Below, piece by piece: positions 11,632 through 25,277 of a stretch of 64,000 nucleotides of DNA (position 1 is the first letter of the stretch; each line of letters opens with the position of its first letter). Origin of the DNA: Oikopleura dioica. Lineage: Eukaryota; Animalia; Chordata. Below the pieces are notes generated by a model, which made no database searches, was not told where the DNA came from, and saw only the letters and a program-made list of their open reading frames with translations. The stretch is from assembly GCA_907165135.1 (NCBI GenBank), contig OU015567.1, positions 10,168,001-10,232,000 of the forward strand, read 5' to 3'. The translations under genes and the position numbers were made by a program.

Positions 11632-14600
11632 TTACATATAAACATCATCAACATAATACGAGTTTTGAATGAAAAAGAACTTCTGCATTCGATCAACCAA
11701 GGACGGTTCAGGAAGATCCACCTCGTCAGGATAGTACATCGGCGGTGGCGGGACATTGATTGGCGCTGCATCGAGTGGCAATGCACGAGAAGTCGAGCCC
11801 GGCTTGTGACTTTCCCAGAAGGATCCAAACGGCGCTAGAATGATCTTCGATCTTGGAACTGTTACTCGAGTTATGTTGGGTTCGCCACGCTCGTTGATTT
11901 CCGTCATAAGTGGAGGTAGAACACGACGAATTCTTCTTCGCGGCAGAGTGACAATATTTTCTTCCATATTTTTACTAAAAATATTCATAAACCATCGTCG
12001 ATAATTGAAAAATTAACCTTTTCTCAGTTTTGCTTTCAACTTTTGCTTGAGTTTGTATAATCGGCGGAGCAGACATCGGCGCTTTTTCCCTTTTCGTCTT
12101 CGATTCAACAAAAAGTCGCAGTCCATCGATCCAGGATCCTTTTCCATAGTCCGCGTTGATAGCTTTTGCGGACCAAGATTCGACGAAGCGTTTTATCGCT
12201 TGCGGATTCGCCAAAGCATCAACCTTTTTGATTATTAAATTTTCTTCATCTTCGATATCGACGCTTCTCAGAAGTTGGAATCTTTCTTCAGAAATGTCCA
12301 AATGTAGACGCAAAAGGAAGACATTTCCGTATCTTGTCGATTGGCGATCTACTGTATGCAACCAGCGCATGGAACTCGAAACTATTTCTTTCTCCACGTC
12401 CCAAAGTGTCCTGTCAAGGCGAGCGTAAATCAGCTGGTTTGATAAATCCACGTGGAAAGCAGCAATTGTCCGTTCAGACTGCGCGTTTAGTAAGAAATCA
12501 ACGAGGTCGGAGAAGATTTCTTCGTTTGTTAATGTTCCAAGCAGCTGAATTTCGAATTTATCACGTAATCGAATTTGGAAGTTATGAATGGGAATCAAGG
12601 AAGACTACTCGTAAATTCTCCAAAGTACCTTGACAAGCTCTGTATAAAAATCGAATTCATTTGTGACAACAGTTCCATCTTCAAAAGACGCCAATAATGC
12701 TGGATACCACGAGTGATGCGCGAACTGACCCAATCCAGGCCACGTGACAAGTCTCGGTGTTCTAGCTGTAGTTGCTTTGCTCCTCGCAGAGTATTGTCTA
12801 AAGTCATTCTTTTATAAAGAAAGAGTGTTATTTGCTTCACCTGGTGGATGGCCTTGAGAGATCCTCAACAGTAAGTTCATCGGAATCGAGCACGAGCGCT
12901 TCAAGTGGGGGCAAGGGGCTGGGTCGTTGGAGAGATGGTGTTTTCGGTGTAACAAACTTGGAGGGTTTGTAACACGTCGGCGATTTTGAGATTTGTGTTT
13001 TGGGAAGAGCGACTTCCGCGGCAATCTCCGGCTCTGCGCTCACTTCCAAAGGTATTACGGAGGGTACTTGCTCCAAAGGACCACTTTCCGTTTTTGTCGA
13101 AAACGAAATTTGCGCAGAATTAACTGGTAACTGCTCAATAAGAGAGTTTCGCGGACTAGGCAAAGCAGGAGCAAGGGTAAATGGCACCCGTCGGGCATGT
13201 TCGCGAACTTTGAAATTTTTCGGCTTCAGATTTCGGGAAGCCTAGAATCGAATTTTTCTGACTCAGAATATAGCCTATCATTTGTTATGAAAACTGATAA
13301 GAATTTAAAGATAGGGTGCGTTTTCGAGCTACCCCTGAAGAAACATTGATTAGATAATTACTCTGCCTAGTTACAGTTAGTAACTACTGATTGTTAGTAA
13401 AAAAGATTACCGTTTCCTCCCTGCGAGCTTTTAGCTCAGCCTCTTTTCTCACACGCTCTGAATCGTTCTCTATTTCTAGCTCTTTTTTTCTCACGCAATA
13501 CCTTGTTCCTCAATTTCTGCCTGTTTTTCTGCCTCCTGAGCTTCATCTTCTTTATTTTGCTCCGCGACAATTGCCGCTTCCATTTGCTGGAGCAGCAATG
13601 ATTTTTGCACCAAAGGTGGGGTGGGCGCGGCTTCTTGTCGGAGCGGAATTGGCACGAATTCTTCTTCATCCTCTTCTTGCGGGAGAGCTGTGAGGGAGGA
13701 GAAGTTGTACTCTGGTCGTTTCCACTTGCCATCTTCGTCGAGGGATTCGAGGTCGGGGATGCTCGATCGGAAGGTCGAATTGGGGATGAGAGTGTTTGAA
13801 ACAGTCGTGTTTGAAATTGCTTGAATTTAAAAATCTATTTATATTGCACTAATAATTATTTACCTGACAAGGCTCTTCCGATTCCAGCTGGCACTGGTGC
13901 ACCTTCGATATTTGATCTTACAGAGGTTTTACTAGCAACTTCCGTGATGGCTTCATCAGGATTTGCATTGACGTCAACCGGAGAACTTGATTGTTGATCC
14001 TCTTGCTCTTCGATTTCATTGTCGACAGTGGGCTCTTGAGAAGGATCTGGCTCGGGCGGCGGAGTCACTGGCGGTTTCCAATTTACATAATCCTCCTCAG
14101 TCGGGATGTGAATATTCGCTCGTTCTCCGAAAGCAACCTAAAACAGGAAGTCAAGCCTTGTCCGCCAGTTCCACTTAATCGCCATCAACGTTCAAAAATT
14201 AGCTAAGAGCAATTTCCTACGAATGTACTGCGAATAGTTCCGAAATTCCTCCTGTCGACAGGGGCTCCGTGAGGGTTTATTCTTTTATTTCAATTTTACG
14301 AAATTGATATTTTAGCAAAATCAGATTCTTACCTTCATATACTTGTCGAATGCCACTCGTTCGATTTGTTCTCTTTCCGTTTTTGAAAAATCTGTTTTTT
14401 GAACTTCCCCTTTTGCCGCTTTGATTTTCGCGATGTCTCTATTCCGCCGCAGTAAATTTCGCGCTTCCTCGTTTTCTCCGTCATCGTCTTCGATCGCTTC
14501 TTCTTCTTCAGGTTCTTCTTCTTCATCGTCGCTAGAATCTCTTGCAGTCATTTTCGGCGCCTCCTCGACTTTCCCCAGTCTCCGGATCATCGTGTTCTTG

Positions 14601-17360
14601 AGATAATCTAAAGAAAACAAAGTTCGCTATTTGCGCAACTGACAACTTTCTGTCCTGCTATTATAAAACGTGTGCAAATTGTAATTGTTTTTACCTTCTG
14701 GTAAATAATCTTTGGCGTTGACGACCTGCAACTCGGTAGAATTTTGAAAAGCGACGATTAGATCACCACTCCCTCCCGCTGAAAAGAGAAAATTGAGAGA
14801 ATGAAACAATTAAGATTTTTCAATGAAAGAATTTTTTCTATTTGGTTTTTGAACTCACCAAAGGACAAAGAGCCAATCGGTCGATTCAGGTCAGCTGTTT
14901 GCCTAGAGAATAAAATTTAGGGAGAAGACTGTAGTTCCTGGAGAAGAATATAGACAATATTATATAGTCTTACCTGAGATCGCCCCGTTCAGACCAGACT
15001 TTTATAATTCCGTCCAGACTTGCAGAGACGGCGAAATTTAGATCCGCCGTGGTGCATAAGCTTGTCACATGATCGGCGTGTTGTTCGAGAGGATCGACCA
15101 GAGTTCCAGGGCCGCTTTTTCTGATGGAGAATTCCATCGATTCAGGCGAGTTCACTGCAATCAAGGGGCATCCGTTGATTAACTCGACGAGATGGCTATC
15201 TTTGACGCTGTCACGTGATATTGGCTCCAAACACTCGTTTGTTGAAGCGTAGATTCGATAGAAAACTAGTTCGCCAGTGACACTTTCTCTCAGTTCAAAT
15301 GAGTTTCTTGAATATCAACCTATAAATTTTAGTAATACTGAAGAGTGATAATATCAAATTGAAAAAAATGATCTGGATATTTTCATGGAAAAAAATATTT
15401 TTGAACTTTTCCCAAGAACGGCGAGGACGGAGCTGTTTCGGCCACTTCGTAAACGCGTGATGGAATGCGAGATCGCCTCTGTAGCGAATAACTCCTGGCC
15501 AGTTTTGGGATCGTAAGAGACTACTTCTCCACTGGATAAACCAGCGAAACAGACGCTAGAAGAACGTGCATTCCATCGAGTTAGACTTCGCTGCGAGGTG
15601 CAGAAGACATCCCAATCGGGGATCAGAAAATCGTTGTCTGGTGTGTAGATCTCGACGCTTTTGACTTCTCTTGATCGAGCCGTTGTGAAGTGGCTCAGAA
15701 GAGGAGCTGGTTTCTCGAACGATGCGACGCCGTAAACTTCAATCCCTCCAGCGACCAGAATGTGAAGGAGCTCGAGATGCTTTTGGTAGGCAAAGTCTTC
15801 GATTGGACCCATTACTTTCACCCTTTTCTTTGGCTTATGCTTATTGACTTCTACCGCGAAAAGCAAGACGTTCTGATAGAATGAAAGCCCGATCCTGTTG
15901 ATGACTAATCCGAGGGTTGAAATAAGAATGATTTCGGAGTCGCCAACCTAAAATTAAAAACCGTTACAGCTCACTTGTCTAAATATTTAGCCAATTAGTG
16001 GTTGGCGAAGTCGCTGAAGTCTGGAAAGGGTAAATTAGCTTATTCAAAGGAGCATTACCTGAACCGCAAGAACATTTCCGCTTCCCGAGTACTCAGACAA
16101 AGTGGGAATACCAAGTTCAATTCGACGAACGGGCCCGTGAAATTGGTGTAATTTCGAGTAAAGCAGGTTGATGTGATAGTCGTAGAGACCGTATTCTCCG
16201 TAAGAAAGGAGGCTTTGATCAGAGCGAGCGAGCATTCCGGCAGAATAACCGACCTAGAATCAACATAAAAAACGTTCTCTTGCTTGAAATATTCTTGTTT
16301 ATCATTTCTCTCGTTTGAAATTGTCTCTAACCTGCCGCCTCTCGAACTGGGGTGATTCTGGCAAGAATTCGTCCATAACAACTTCTGCGCCTTCTAGAGA
16401 CCAGCAAATTATTCGCCCGTCGAGACTTTGGGAGAGAACGAGTTCAGTGCCGGATAAAATGGTCATCGCCGAAATTGCAATAACTTCATGTTGATGGGAA
16501 ACCATCGTGTCGATCAGTTGCCAATCCAGATTCCAAATCTTTAAAGTTCCATCCAACGAACCAGTTATCCAGCGATCACCGGTCGTTTCGATTATTGTAA
16601 TTTGATTGTTGTGAAGTTTGATGAGTTCTCTTTTCTGGTGGTTTATAAGATCGTGCAAAATTATGACCTCTTCATATAGTTGAAATATTTGTGGAAAATT
16701 ATATTTTTTTATTAGAAAAAAAATTTCTTGAATAACTTTGAACTTTTCCTGATCCCAAAATTGCCAACTGACGGTAGTTATTTACTGATAGTCCGATCAC
16801 TTCAAACTTGCTCGACTCTATAATTTTCGCGTTGAAATAATTGGCTCGAAAACGCCTCTTACCGATTTCAGCGCCCATGTTTATCGAATTTAGTCCGAAG
16901 CCAAAGTTCCAACTCGTTACAGTAAACCTTCCACTCGTCGAGTAAAGAATTTCGCCAGATGAATCCCAGACGCAGTGAAGTTTTCTTTGGAAGTTTTGAT
17001 GGTTCGCTGTTGCTTTTCGCTTTCCTTGATCATTGAAGAGAATGAACTTCGATTGAGTTACAGCCAGAAGAACGAATTTTTGCTGCTTCTTGCTTCGAGT
17101 AGGAATCGCTACTAGCTTCTTTACATCTTCTGGAACAGGAATGATTCTTCCAGCAAGATCAATCTTCGGCAATTCTAATCAATATGAAACAATTGATAAA
17201 AAATTAGAAATATAGCCAGTTTACCAATTATTTTTCCCGAAACTTCATCTTCTCTGGCCGGAAATGCTATCGCCAGTTTGTTCCCAATATTCACTGCAGC
17301 AGAAATCGGATGCTCGAAACGATGTTCTTTATATTTTATTCGACTCTTCTTCAACTCCAT
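11632..17360 (-). CDS. Large WD40-repeat protein with low-complexity/charged C-terminal half (WDR87/WDR97-like architecture)
   Basis: Many short-intron exons encode WD repeats (ITGSLDGTLKIWN, SQSLDGRIICWS, HADHVTSLCTTADLNFAVSASLDGIIKVWS), followed by E/K/P-rich exons. The last exon ends ...YYVDDVYM* at 11632. Confidence 0.7.
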
Positions 17361-18513
17361 TTTTAAGTCTCTTTTTTAAGTCTTTAATTCGCGGATTTGG
17401 AGCATAATTCTGGAGTATTGAAAGTGATTGAGAGCGAACACAATCAGGCGGTTGCGCAGTGCTATCTTTACAAAGGAGCGATTGAAATACAAAGCTGTTT
17501 ACTCAAACTATGCTGCAAGCGCAAATAAAGCTCATAAATAGCCCCTCAAGTACATACTCCGAAGATATTTGGGAGAAGCCAGCTTTTTCTATATTTACTT
17601 TTCTTGGATCTTTTGCCACTTCCAATTCAAAATGACGAATTTCGAATGATTTAAAACGGAATGAAATTACATAACCCTGAAGAAGAATGCAACGTTCTTT
17701 TTTTTAAGAAAATTTCGCTTAAAATTAAAGATACGTTGACCCGCAAACAGAAAGATCCATTCAATATTTAGCCAAAAATAAGGATGATGTTTAGTCCAGG
17801 AAAAGGCCCCTTCGCTCGTAATTGGATTGATTACTCGCTTGGGGCCACTTACGAACAAGGAGCTTCGAACTTTCCCATCAATGTTTTACGGGATATTTTC
17901 CGAGAGCATTTAGCACGTGACAAGATGGTAAAAAGGGTGATGGCTTGAAACTAAAGTGGTTTAGTTGTTGCGTCTGGAGTCACGGAGTCGGTTATCAACT
18001 GGAATGGAACTGATTTGGCCCCGGGTGCTTCCACTTTCCCTATTTTCGACATTTCTAAAGGCAATTTTAAAGCTCTTTAATAATATCTCAAAGTGCAGAG
18101 TCCATTAATCTAGCGATGATGTCAGACTGGGAGTGGTGGCTTGAACTTTACGAAAGAATTGTTCGTTGCTGTGCGAATTTGGCCATTCCACTTTCAAAAT
18201 TGGCGCTTGCGCGACACCTAGAATCCCTCTGCGTTTTCACGATCAATTCTGAGTTTTGTCTTTTGCACACAGTAACGGACGCAGGCTTTTGAATTTTCAC
18301 GTTTTTCGATAAAGAGAAACTAAGAAGCAAAAATGAAGGTGAGAAATTCAAATGAGATTTTGCTAACAGAAGAAAACAATCAAAAATAGACTCTAATATA
18401 TTTTTCTTTAATTCTCTCTCTATCAAAGATTCAATTTTAAATAAATCTAAAGCAAATCTAATCATATCAAAATGATATGGTTTATTTAATATTTAAACAT
18501 AATACAATAATTT

Positions 18514-19790
18514 ATGCTAAAAGAATAATTAATATATATAATTAGAGTGTTTTTTATTGATTATTTCGTAGAATCTTATTACTCTTGTGTCCGGAAGCAT
18601 GGCCCAATTCAACCGGTTTGGCACAAAAGAAATCGTCCGACCTGGACTCGATTTTGGCCCCCAACGACTTCCAGGAGCACCAAGCTCAAGCTGGGACCAG
18701 ACGCCAAGCCGAGATATTCCGGGCCGAGATATTCCCGGCCGAGGCAATACTCCGGAACAAACGAGCATTACTCAAACAACAAAAGAAGACTTCGTCAATC
18801 GGCCGGTTTCAAGAGACGACTTCATCGGCTCGATTTTGTCAACCGAGAGCTGCGGCGTCATTGACAAGTTCGCTGACGACTGTCGAATCGCCTCCTGCAA
18901 GGACGAAGACAGAAATAGGATCAACTTCAGCGACAGTGACGACATCGAAGTCGGAGCCATTTGTCGAATTAAATGTCGACAAGTCAAAGCAACCCGCTGT
19001 AGATGCTGCAAAGAAGGATTTATCGTACGGCGAACCACTTTAATTCAAATTAGAATGACCTTTTTAGATTGCGAAAAAATGCCCTGAAGACGGCGATGAA
19101 GATTCTTGCGAATTGACAGCGGACGTGGGTGCTCTTTACGAAGGTCCTGATGCTGTGATTTTGACAGACATCGAAGCTGAAGACTGTCAACAACGATGCC
19201 TGTAAGTAACGATCTCTGACGCTCTCCCTAGTATTTTTAGCGATTCCGGAATCGAAGAATGCATTGCTGCCTCGTACATCAAGTTGAGATTCAACTCTGT
19301 GTGCTGGCTTTTCCACGATGTCTCCGTAAGTTTCGCCTTCTTTTCTCCCATTTTAAACTTCCGCTAGACTCGATATGGAGATGAAATTAGAGACCGAGAC
19401 ATGCCCCAGAATAGAGTTCCAATTGGCAACTCCGGCCCAGGCTCGCGAGAAATCTTCGGCCCCGACTTCAGAAGTGGCAGAACTCAAAACAAGAAAAGAA
19501 ACAAGAAAGCTTTGAAGCCAAAACCAGTTCAAAAGTAAGTCAACAACGATGATAGGCTAGCATCTTATTGTATCGAGTTCATATCAAAAATTTTTCGATA
19601 TATTCTTTCTGCTAATAATTTTTTTACTTTTAGGAAAGGAGTTCTTGAGATTCCTTCATACATGATGCCTGGTGCATCCTCTGCTATGTCCAAACACGTT
19701 CGAGCAAACGGCTTCAGCAACAACAACGACGACAGTGTTATGATGAGCTGGTTCCGAAAGTGCCAACGTAAGTCCTCGAGATGGAACTAA
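18514..19790 (+). CDS. Secreted Cys-rich protein with a PAN/apple-like domain
   Basis: A GA-AG intron at 18523-18571 joins MLK to NLITLVSGSMA, giving a signal-peptide-like start. It is followed by an RDIPG tandem, a Cys-rich module, and GALYEGPDAVILTDIEAEDCQQRC...CIAASY...VCWLS (PAN-like). The 3' end is uncertain. Confidence 0.55.
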
Positions 19791-20641
19791 CACTCTCCGC
19801 TAGCGCGTGAAAAATTATACAATGCTTGCTCTGCTGATTGATGAAATTTCACGTTAAACTTCATTGTTCTTAGCAACGCTGCCATAATTCCTCGTTCCTA
19901 GCCTCACACCTTCTATACATGAAATGTTAATATGAATCCAGTCAATAGATATTGCACTAGAAAGCCAACAGTTTTCTACTGCAAGTCTACTACCTTGCAT
20001 CCCATATTAAATTTGCTATGTATAAAACTAATGATGTCAAAATGTTTCTCTCATTTCTGGCGGTTAATTCACCTATAAGTCACCTAGAACACAACTGAAA
20101 AATAATATTTTTCATTTGTTTGAAAAAAAAATCATTTTCTTTCACTTTCGAGGCTTTCGCTAAATTTCTTGTTCCATTACTATAGTCACAACCGATTCAG
20201 CCGATGATGATGAATACGATTACTAAGACTAGCCTCAAGTTCTTAAAAAATAAAATTCTAAGGTAATTTTTCCGCCAAGAAAACTGAGAAAGAAACAAAA
20301 AAAAGAAACTCTTCAAAGTGTTGATTTTACTCTTTCTAGTTTGAACTCTACCCAATTCGGCGGATTCTGCTTATCTAGTCCTTCCAACGTCCGGAGTGAC
20401 ATTTCCGTCTTATCTCTTTCCCTCCAGACATCCGACAATCGTCCAGCTACTCTTTCTTTTCCTTTCCTAGTCTTGTACAAACTTTGCTCAACTTCTCAAA
20501 ACATAAAAAATAGAATCTCAACACATTCAATTTCTTCTTTTTTTCGCATTATTTTTATGATAAATTAGCCGCTAAAAAGCCTGATGCAGTTTTTAACATT
20601 ATCAAAAAATTGGAAATTTTTTATTTAGCGAAGAAGGAGAA

Positions 20642-21223
20642 CTAAGAGTCCATCTTCTCCAGAATGCGTCGACACACTTGGCCATTATGGGTCGTATCAT
20701 CGAGAAATTGTTTGATCTTTTTACAGGCTGTCCAGATATAAAACAAAAGTATTCAAAAACATGTCAATATTTTATAAAAAAATATCTAAAAATGACCTTT
20801 ACTGAGTTTCGTCAATTTTCGATTCTCTCAATATTTCTTCAACGATGTTGGCATCTGCTTTGTTGGCACTGCCGAACACTTGGAAGGCCTGAATTCAATA
20901 GAAATCAACGAAAAAGTGGTTAAGAAAGACCTGGTGGAGGCAGTTTGATTTATCATCCAGATACGAGTCTTTCTAAAAAGCGACAAAAAAGCAAGAAACT
21001 AAGAGAAACGTTTGTTTACCAAGAAAATGTCCAAAAATCGCTCTGGATTGATGAAACCATCGTAGTGAAAGTTCGCAAAATTGACCATTTCGTGAATTTC
21101 CATGTCCGTCGGATTTTTGCCAGCAGATCTCAGCGCTTTACCGAGATTTCTAGCACGAAGGAAAGTTTCGCCATCTTCGATGAAAAGTTTGTAAACATCG
21201 AGGACTTGTTTTTTCAAATCCAT
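20642..21223 (-). CDS. Divergent calmodulin-like EF-hand protein
   Basis: MDLKKQVLDVYKLF...LGKALRSAGKNPTDMEIHEMVNFANFHYDGFINPERFL forms the N-lobe. Further exons LHQAFQVF and FLDDTTHNGQV resemble C-lobe EF hands. Confidence 0.7.
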
Positions 21224-21666
21224 CTCTTTCTGATTGATTGCGATGCGTTTTAGCTCTGTCTTTTTTAAAGAAGTACAATTAAGGCCTGCATTGCCGTCTG
21301 CATGATTTATTAGAGGCAATCAAATAAAGGCTGTTAATTGAACTTTATTGGGCATGGGTGTTTATGAGGAATTACTGTTTTATGAGATTTTTTTTGAAGA
21401 TTTTTCATATTTCTTTGTTCAAAAGTGCTTGACTAAGTGTAAGTTTTATTCGTTCTCATTTGTCTTTAGCTACATATAACCCGGGTATAACTGTAGATGT
21501 GAACTTACAGCTTGCTAGCCCAGGCAAAGCGGATTGCAATTTCGCCATTTCGTTTTTGCTTTTTTCAATATGCTGAATTCTGACGAGAACACGACGAAAG
21601 TTATATACACAACTAAAGATACTTTTTTTTTCGGCATTTTTGTAGAAGAAATCTAAGAGAAAAGGG

Positions 21667-22183
21667 ATGAAGGATTTTAAGAGATTTGTAGCAGAGCAAA
21701 TCGTAGACTTTATGCAGTTGTATTATCCGCCAAATATTTTGCATGAATTTGTTGTTTACCTGGGCAGTGGGGGGAATAAAACGACTCAGCAGGAGATTGG
21801 TGCACACATTTGTAAAGGAAAATAATGATAGTATTTTTGATACACCATTTTTGAAGCCCCTTCCGGAAGAAAATCAAAGCCTTCGTGATTCAGCAAAATA
21901 TGAGAATCTCGCCTTTGCAGCGCAAATTTACGAGCCCTGGTTCTACGTGATGAGTGGTATTCTCGTCTCCATCCTGCTATCCGTTTTTGGCTGGTTTTAC
22001 ATCATCATCAGGTAGAATAAAAAGAAGATTGTCTTCTATGTTTTCAGAAACATCCAAAATGGGGTCTACCTGACAGAAGAAGAATTTGAAAACGAGTTTG
22101 TTTTTCGAACTTCAACTAATCGAGGCACTTTCCTGCAAGATGAGCTGGGGGATCAGGAAAAGAGCTCGAAATTTGGACACTGA
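21667..22183 (+). CDS. Hypothetical single-pass membrane protein
   Basis: The hydrophobic stretch WFYVMSGILVSILLSVFGWFYIII is followed by a GT-AG intron at 22012-~22047 and an in-phase last exon ending SKFGH*. The start is uncertain. Confidence 0.45.
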
Positions 22184-22184
22184 G

Positions 22185-22282
22185 CTTCGTAACCTGTGTA
22201 AAAAATCTGAGTCAGTGTCCTGAAATGATTTTACATGACCCCGGCTCAGGTTTTCAGACTCAGGTACACAGTTTGCCGAGCC
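22185..22282. repeat. Two inverted copies of the dispersed CCTGTGTA repeat forming a short palindrome
   Basis: AACCTGTGTAAAAAATCTGAGTCAG at 22191-22215 is followed by the reverse-oriented ...GTACACAGTTTGCCGAG at ~22243-22282. Confidence 0.6.
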
Positions 22283-23159
22283 AAAAAATGGTCTAAAATT
22301 TTGAGTTTTGAAAAGGACGAAACTTCAGACGACGTTTTCACCAACACATCTGTCACGTGTTCCACTTAATAAATAAATACTGTAAAGGTCAAAAGAAAAT
22401 ATGCTGCATTAACGTATGATACAAGCAATCGACCCAAAGCCAGTGTCTTAATTAATATGTATTGACAGCGTGAAACAAATATCGGCGGTTCATGAAAATA
22501 ATTTTAACATTTGTACGATAGAAGAGAAATGAGAGGAGGTCAAGGATTTTGTGAAAGCGAAGATGAAGAGAGAAAAGAAAATGAGGAGATTTTTATGATG
22601 AAGAAAGTCGTGGCTCTTATTTGGATGATTATTCCTTTGAAAAAGGTTCTAAAAGATAAATTTAATAACTTGAATAATTGAAAATTGTAAAGAGAAGAAC
22701 CTAGAAAAGATGATTGTAATGGTACTGATCGAAACGCAAAATCACCACAGTCGAAAAAACGCTAAAAGCTCCTCGAACTTGAAATGGGATTCATGAGTTA
22801 TCCGCTATCTTCCGCTATTTATGTATAAAATACCTTAAAAATAATATTTGCATGGCAATTTAATGTCAATAGATTATTGAACCCTTTTGAAGAACGATCT
22901 GTATTTACAGCTTCTTATTTTGAAAAACAGAAATGCTGAGCCAGCTCATTCTGATTAAAAATTATTTTTATTGTAATAAATTTCTTATTAAATCTTTAAA
23001 TTTTTCTGTCCAATGAATCATTTTAGGGAACCAACCAAAGGTTCTCTTTCTCACTTCTCGAAAGAAAAAAAGAAGTCCTTATTTTTCGAGATTTCAAAAG
23101 CCGGCCACGTAAAAAGATTCAAAGAAGAAAAACGGCAGAGAGAGAAAAAATCAGAGAAA

Positions 23160-24681
23160 ATGGACTTATACAGTTGGGCTTCTGTCTTAGAAGGAATTGT
23201 TTGATTGATTTAACATTAAGCGGTAGATCCTTATTTTCAAAACAATAAAACAGACGTTGTCGGAAAATACTCAACTCCTGCTGCTACATTTTGGCTCATT
23301 TGCACATCCTTTCGTTTATTTACAGTCGTTCAAGGTGAATTACAAGCGTTTGACTCAGATACTCATTTTTCTAGTTGTAATTGATACATACGGAAACGAA
23401 TACAGCTTCGATTGCGCTGCTGCTGTTAAAGACAACGTCGGATGCAAAAATCAGTGCTACATGCATTACGCGCCCATTTCTTTGGCTTCTTTTTGGACCC
23501 TCTCGGTAATGCCATTTCTCGGGAACAAGAGTTTATTTTCTTTTTAGATGTTCACTTTGATGGCTCCATTTTTGTTCTTCAACACTTTGCTCAAATGGAT
23601 CAACCTTCGCAATGAGGTAAAATCCTTAACATTTTCCTTGTAGCGCTCGAATCCCGCTAATTACCGCCCACAAATGAAACTTTCAGATCAACGCCGAGAA
23701 AAACGTCGCTCCAAGTTTCATGACTCGGACAATGTCGATAACAAGAAAGAGAAAAGGCCGCCCAAAAGAGCAAATTTGGTGTCCCCTGATTGCTCTTGGT
23801 CTTGTCGTCAAGAAATCGCTTTCAAATATATTTTTTATTTTTTGAAGAAAAAGTTTGAATGCGATTGAAGCTGGCTCTCGTAGTTTTCGTCGAGTGGAAG
23901 ATTTTGAGAACCTACATGAATTTGCAGTGCCGGAAGTTTGGAGAGGTCGAGGATAATCAACCATCGTAAGTTCCATTCGACTGCTTTAGTTTTTTTTCTT
24001 TATTTTCTAGTGCGAACTGCACGGTGAAACGCTTTTGGGATAAATGGCAGTTTTTGACGATCCCGGAAGTTTACGTCTGCAAACCTCATCAATTCAAGTA
24101 CAGTCAATTTTAGAATTTTTATACTTTTATTTTAGCTTTAAAACTTTTTTCAACATCACCCGGGAAGAGTCACTCAGGGGCGGAGTTTGCCAAGGAATCG
24201 GCGATAATGTCAAGTGCTTCATTCCGAAAGCGATTCAGAAGACCTTTTTGAATCTTGTTCTCTTCGCACTGGTAACTTTTTTCGTCTTTGATTTCTGCTC
24301 ACTTTTTAGACCTCTTTTGGTCTGGTCTTTGCTTCCCTCGAACTCGTTCTCACGATCTTCAAGCAGATCTACAGAGCTTACAAAGTGCTTTACAAGAAGG
24401 AACTACAGGATAAGTCCAGAAATCAACCCGGTAGAGGAATCTTTAAAAACAGATAATAAAAAAATATAGATTTAGAAATCACCCATCCAATGGAATTCCA
24501 CGAGTTCAAGACTGGCCGACTCATGTCGACTGAAGAAGAACCGATCTTAGTCAGGAACGTGGCCGAGAGACGCGCTTCAGTAAAGTTCGAAGATGACCGA
24601 AAACCGAGTACGAGTAAAGATACCAAGCCATTAAACAGTTCTTCTTTGAAACGAAGAGACAACAACAACCGTCATTTATAA
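23160..24681 (+). CDS. Connexin (gap-junction protein), intron-rich and divergent
   Basis: MDLYSWASVLEG...KYSTPAATFWLI...FR; E1 = EYSFDCAAAVKDNVGCKNQCYMHYAPISLASFW; E2 ends VKCFIPKAIQKTF (cf. VDCFISRPTEKTIF). Four hydrophobic segments are present. Confidence 0.88.
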
Positions 24682-25277
24682 ATAATAAAAAAACCATCAC
24701 CGTTAGTAAAATCCACCTTTATTTGTGAATGTTTGTTGAAAAGATTATGAATTTCAAGTGAAATTTATTGCAGTATAAATTATAATTTATCCGTGTAAAT
24801 GATTAAATTAAATCCCAGGATTTTTTTCTCTTCAAATGTATCGAAGTTTGAAATCATGTTCGTGTCTGAGAAGATATAGGCTTAAAACTTTTGTGCATTC
24901 GGCTTCCACGTCGTCAAAATCCAAATATTGAATGGCAAGCGAAGATCTACTTGAGATTCGCCCTAAAAATATGAAATTAGTCATATTTCTGTTAAAACAC
25001 TATTCTCTGAATTATTTTCATACATCTCATGCAGCTATAAAAAAGGTTTGATAATGCTTCAATCGTAAACGAGTGTAATGAGGTGAAAAATATGAATAGC
25101 AATTTTTTGAAGTGCATTTGAAGCTGCATGCTCTTTTTTTCGAGATGACCCTTTTATAATGTTGAACTCTTGTTAGAACAAGTGCTCTGACAGGTAATAT
25201 GGTATATGCATACCACATGTATACGACATGCAAAATATATGAATAACTACCTAATGAATTTTCAGTGTGCTTAAGAT

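Noticed and set aside
17400-18100. Possible gene immediately upstream of the WD40 gene forming an operon
   Set aside because: Exon-like fragments exist, but I could not assemble a consistent reading frame. Operons are also expected in this lineage.
18585-19043. Alternative overlapping ORFs on both strands across the PAN-domain gene exon
   Set aside because: They are shadow frames of a GC-richer coding exon; only the 18587 frame links to a signal peptide and downstream exons.
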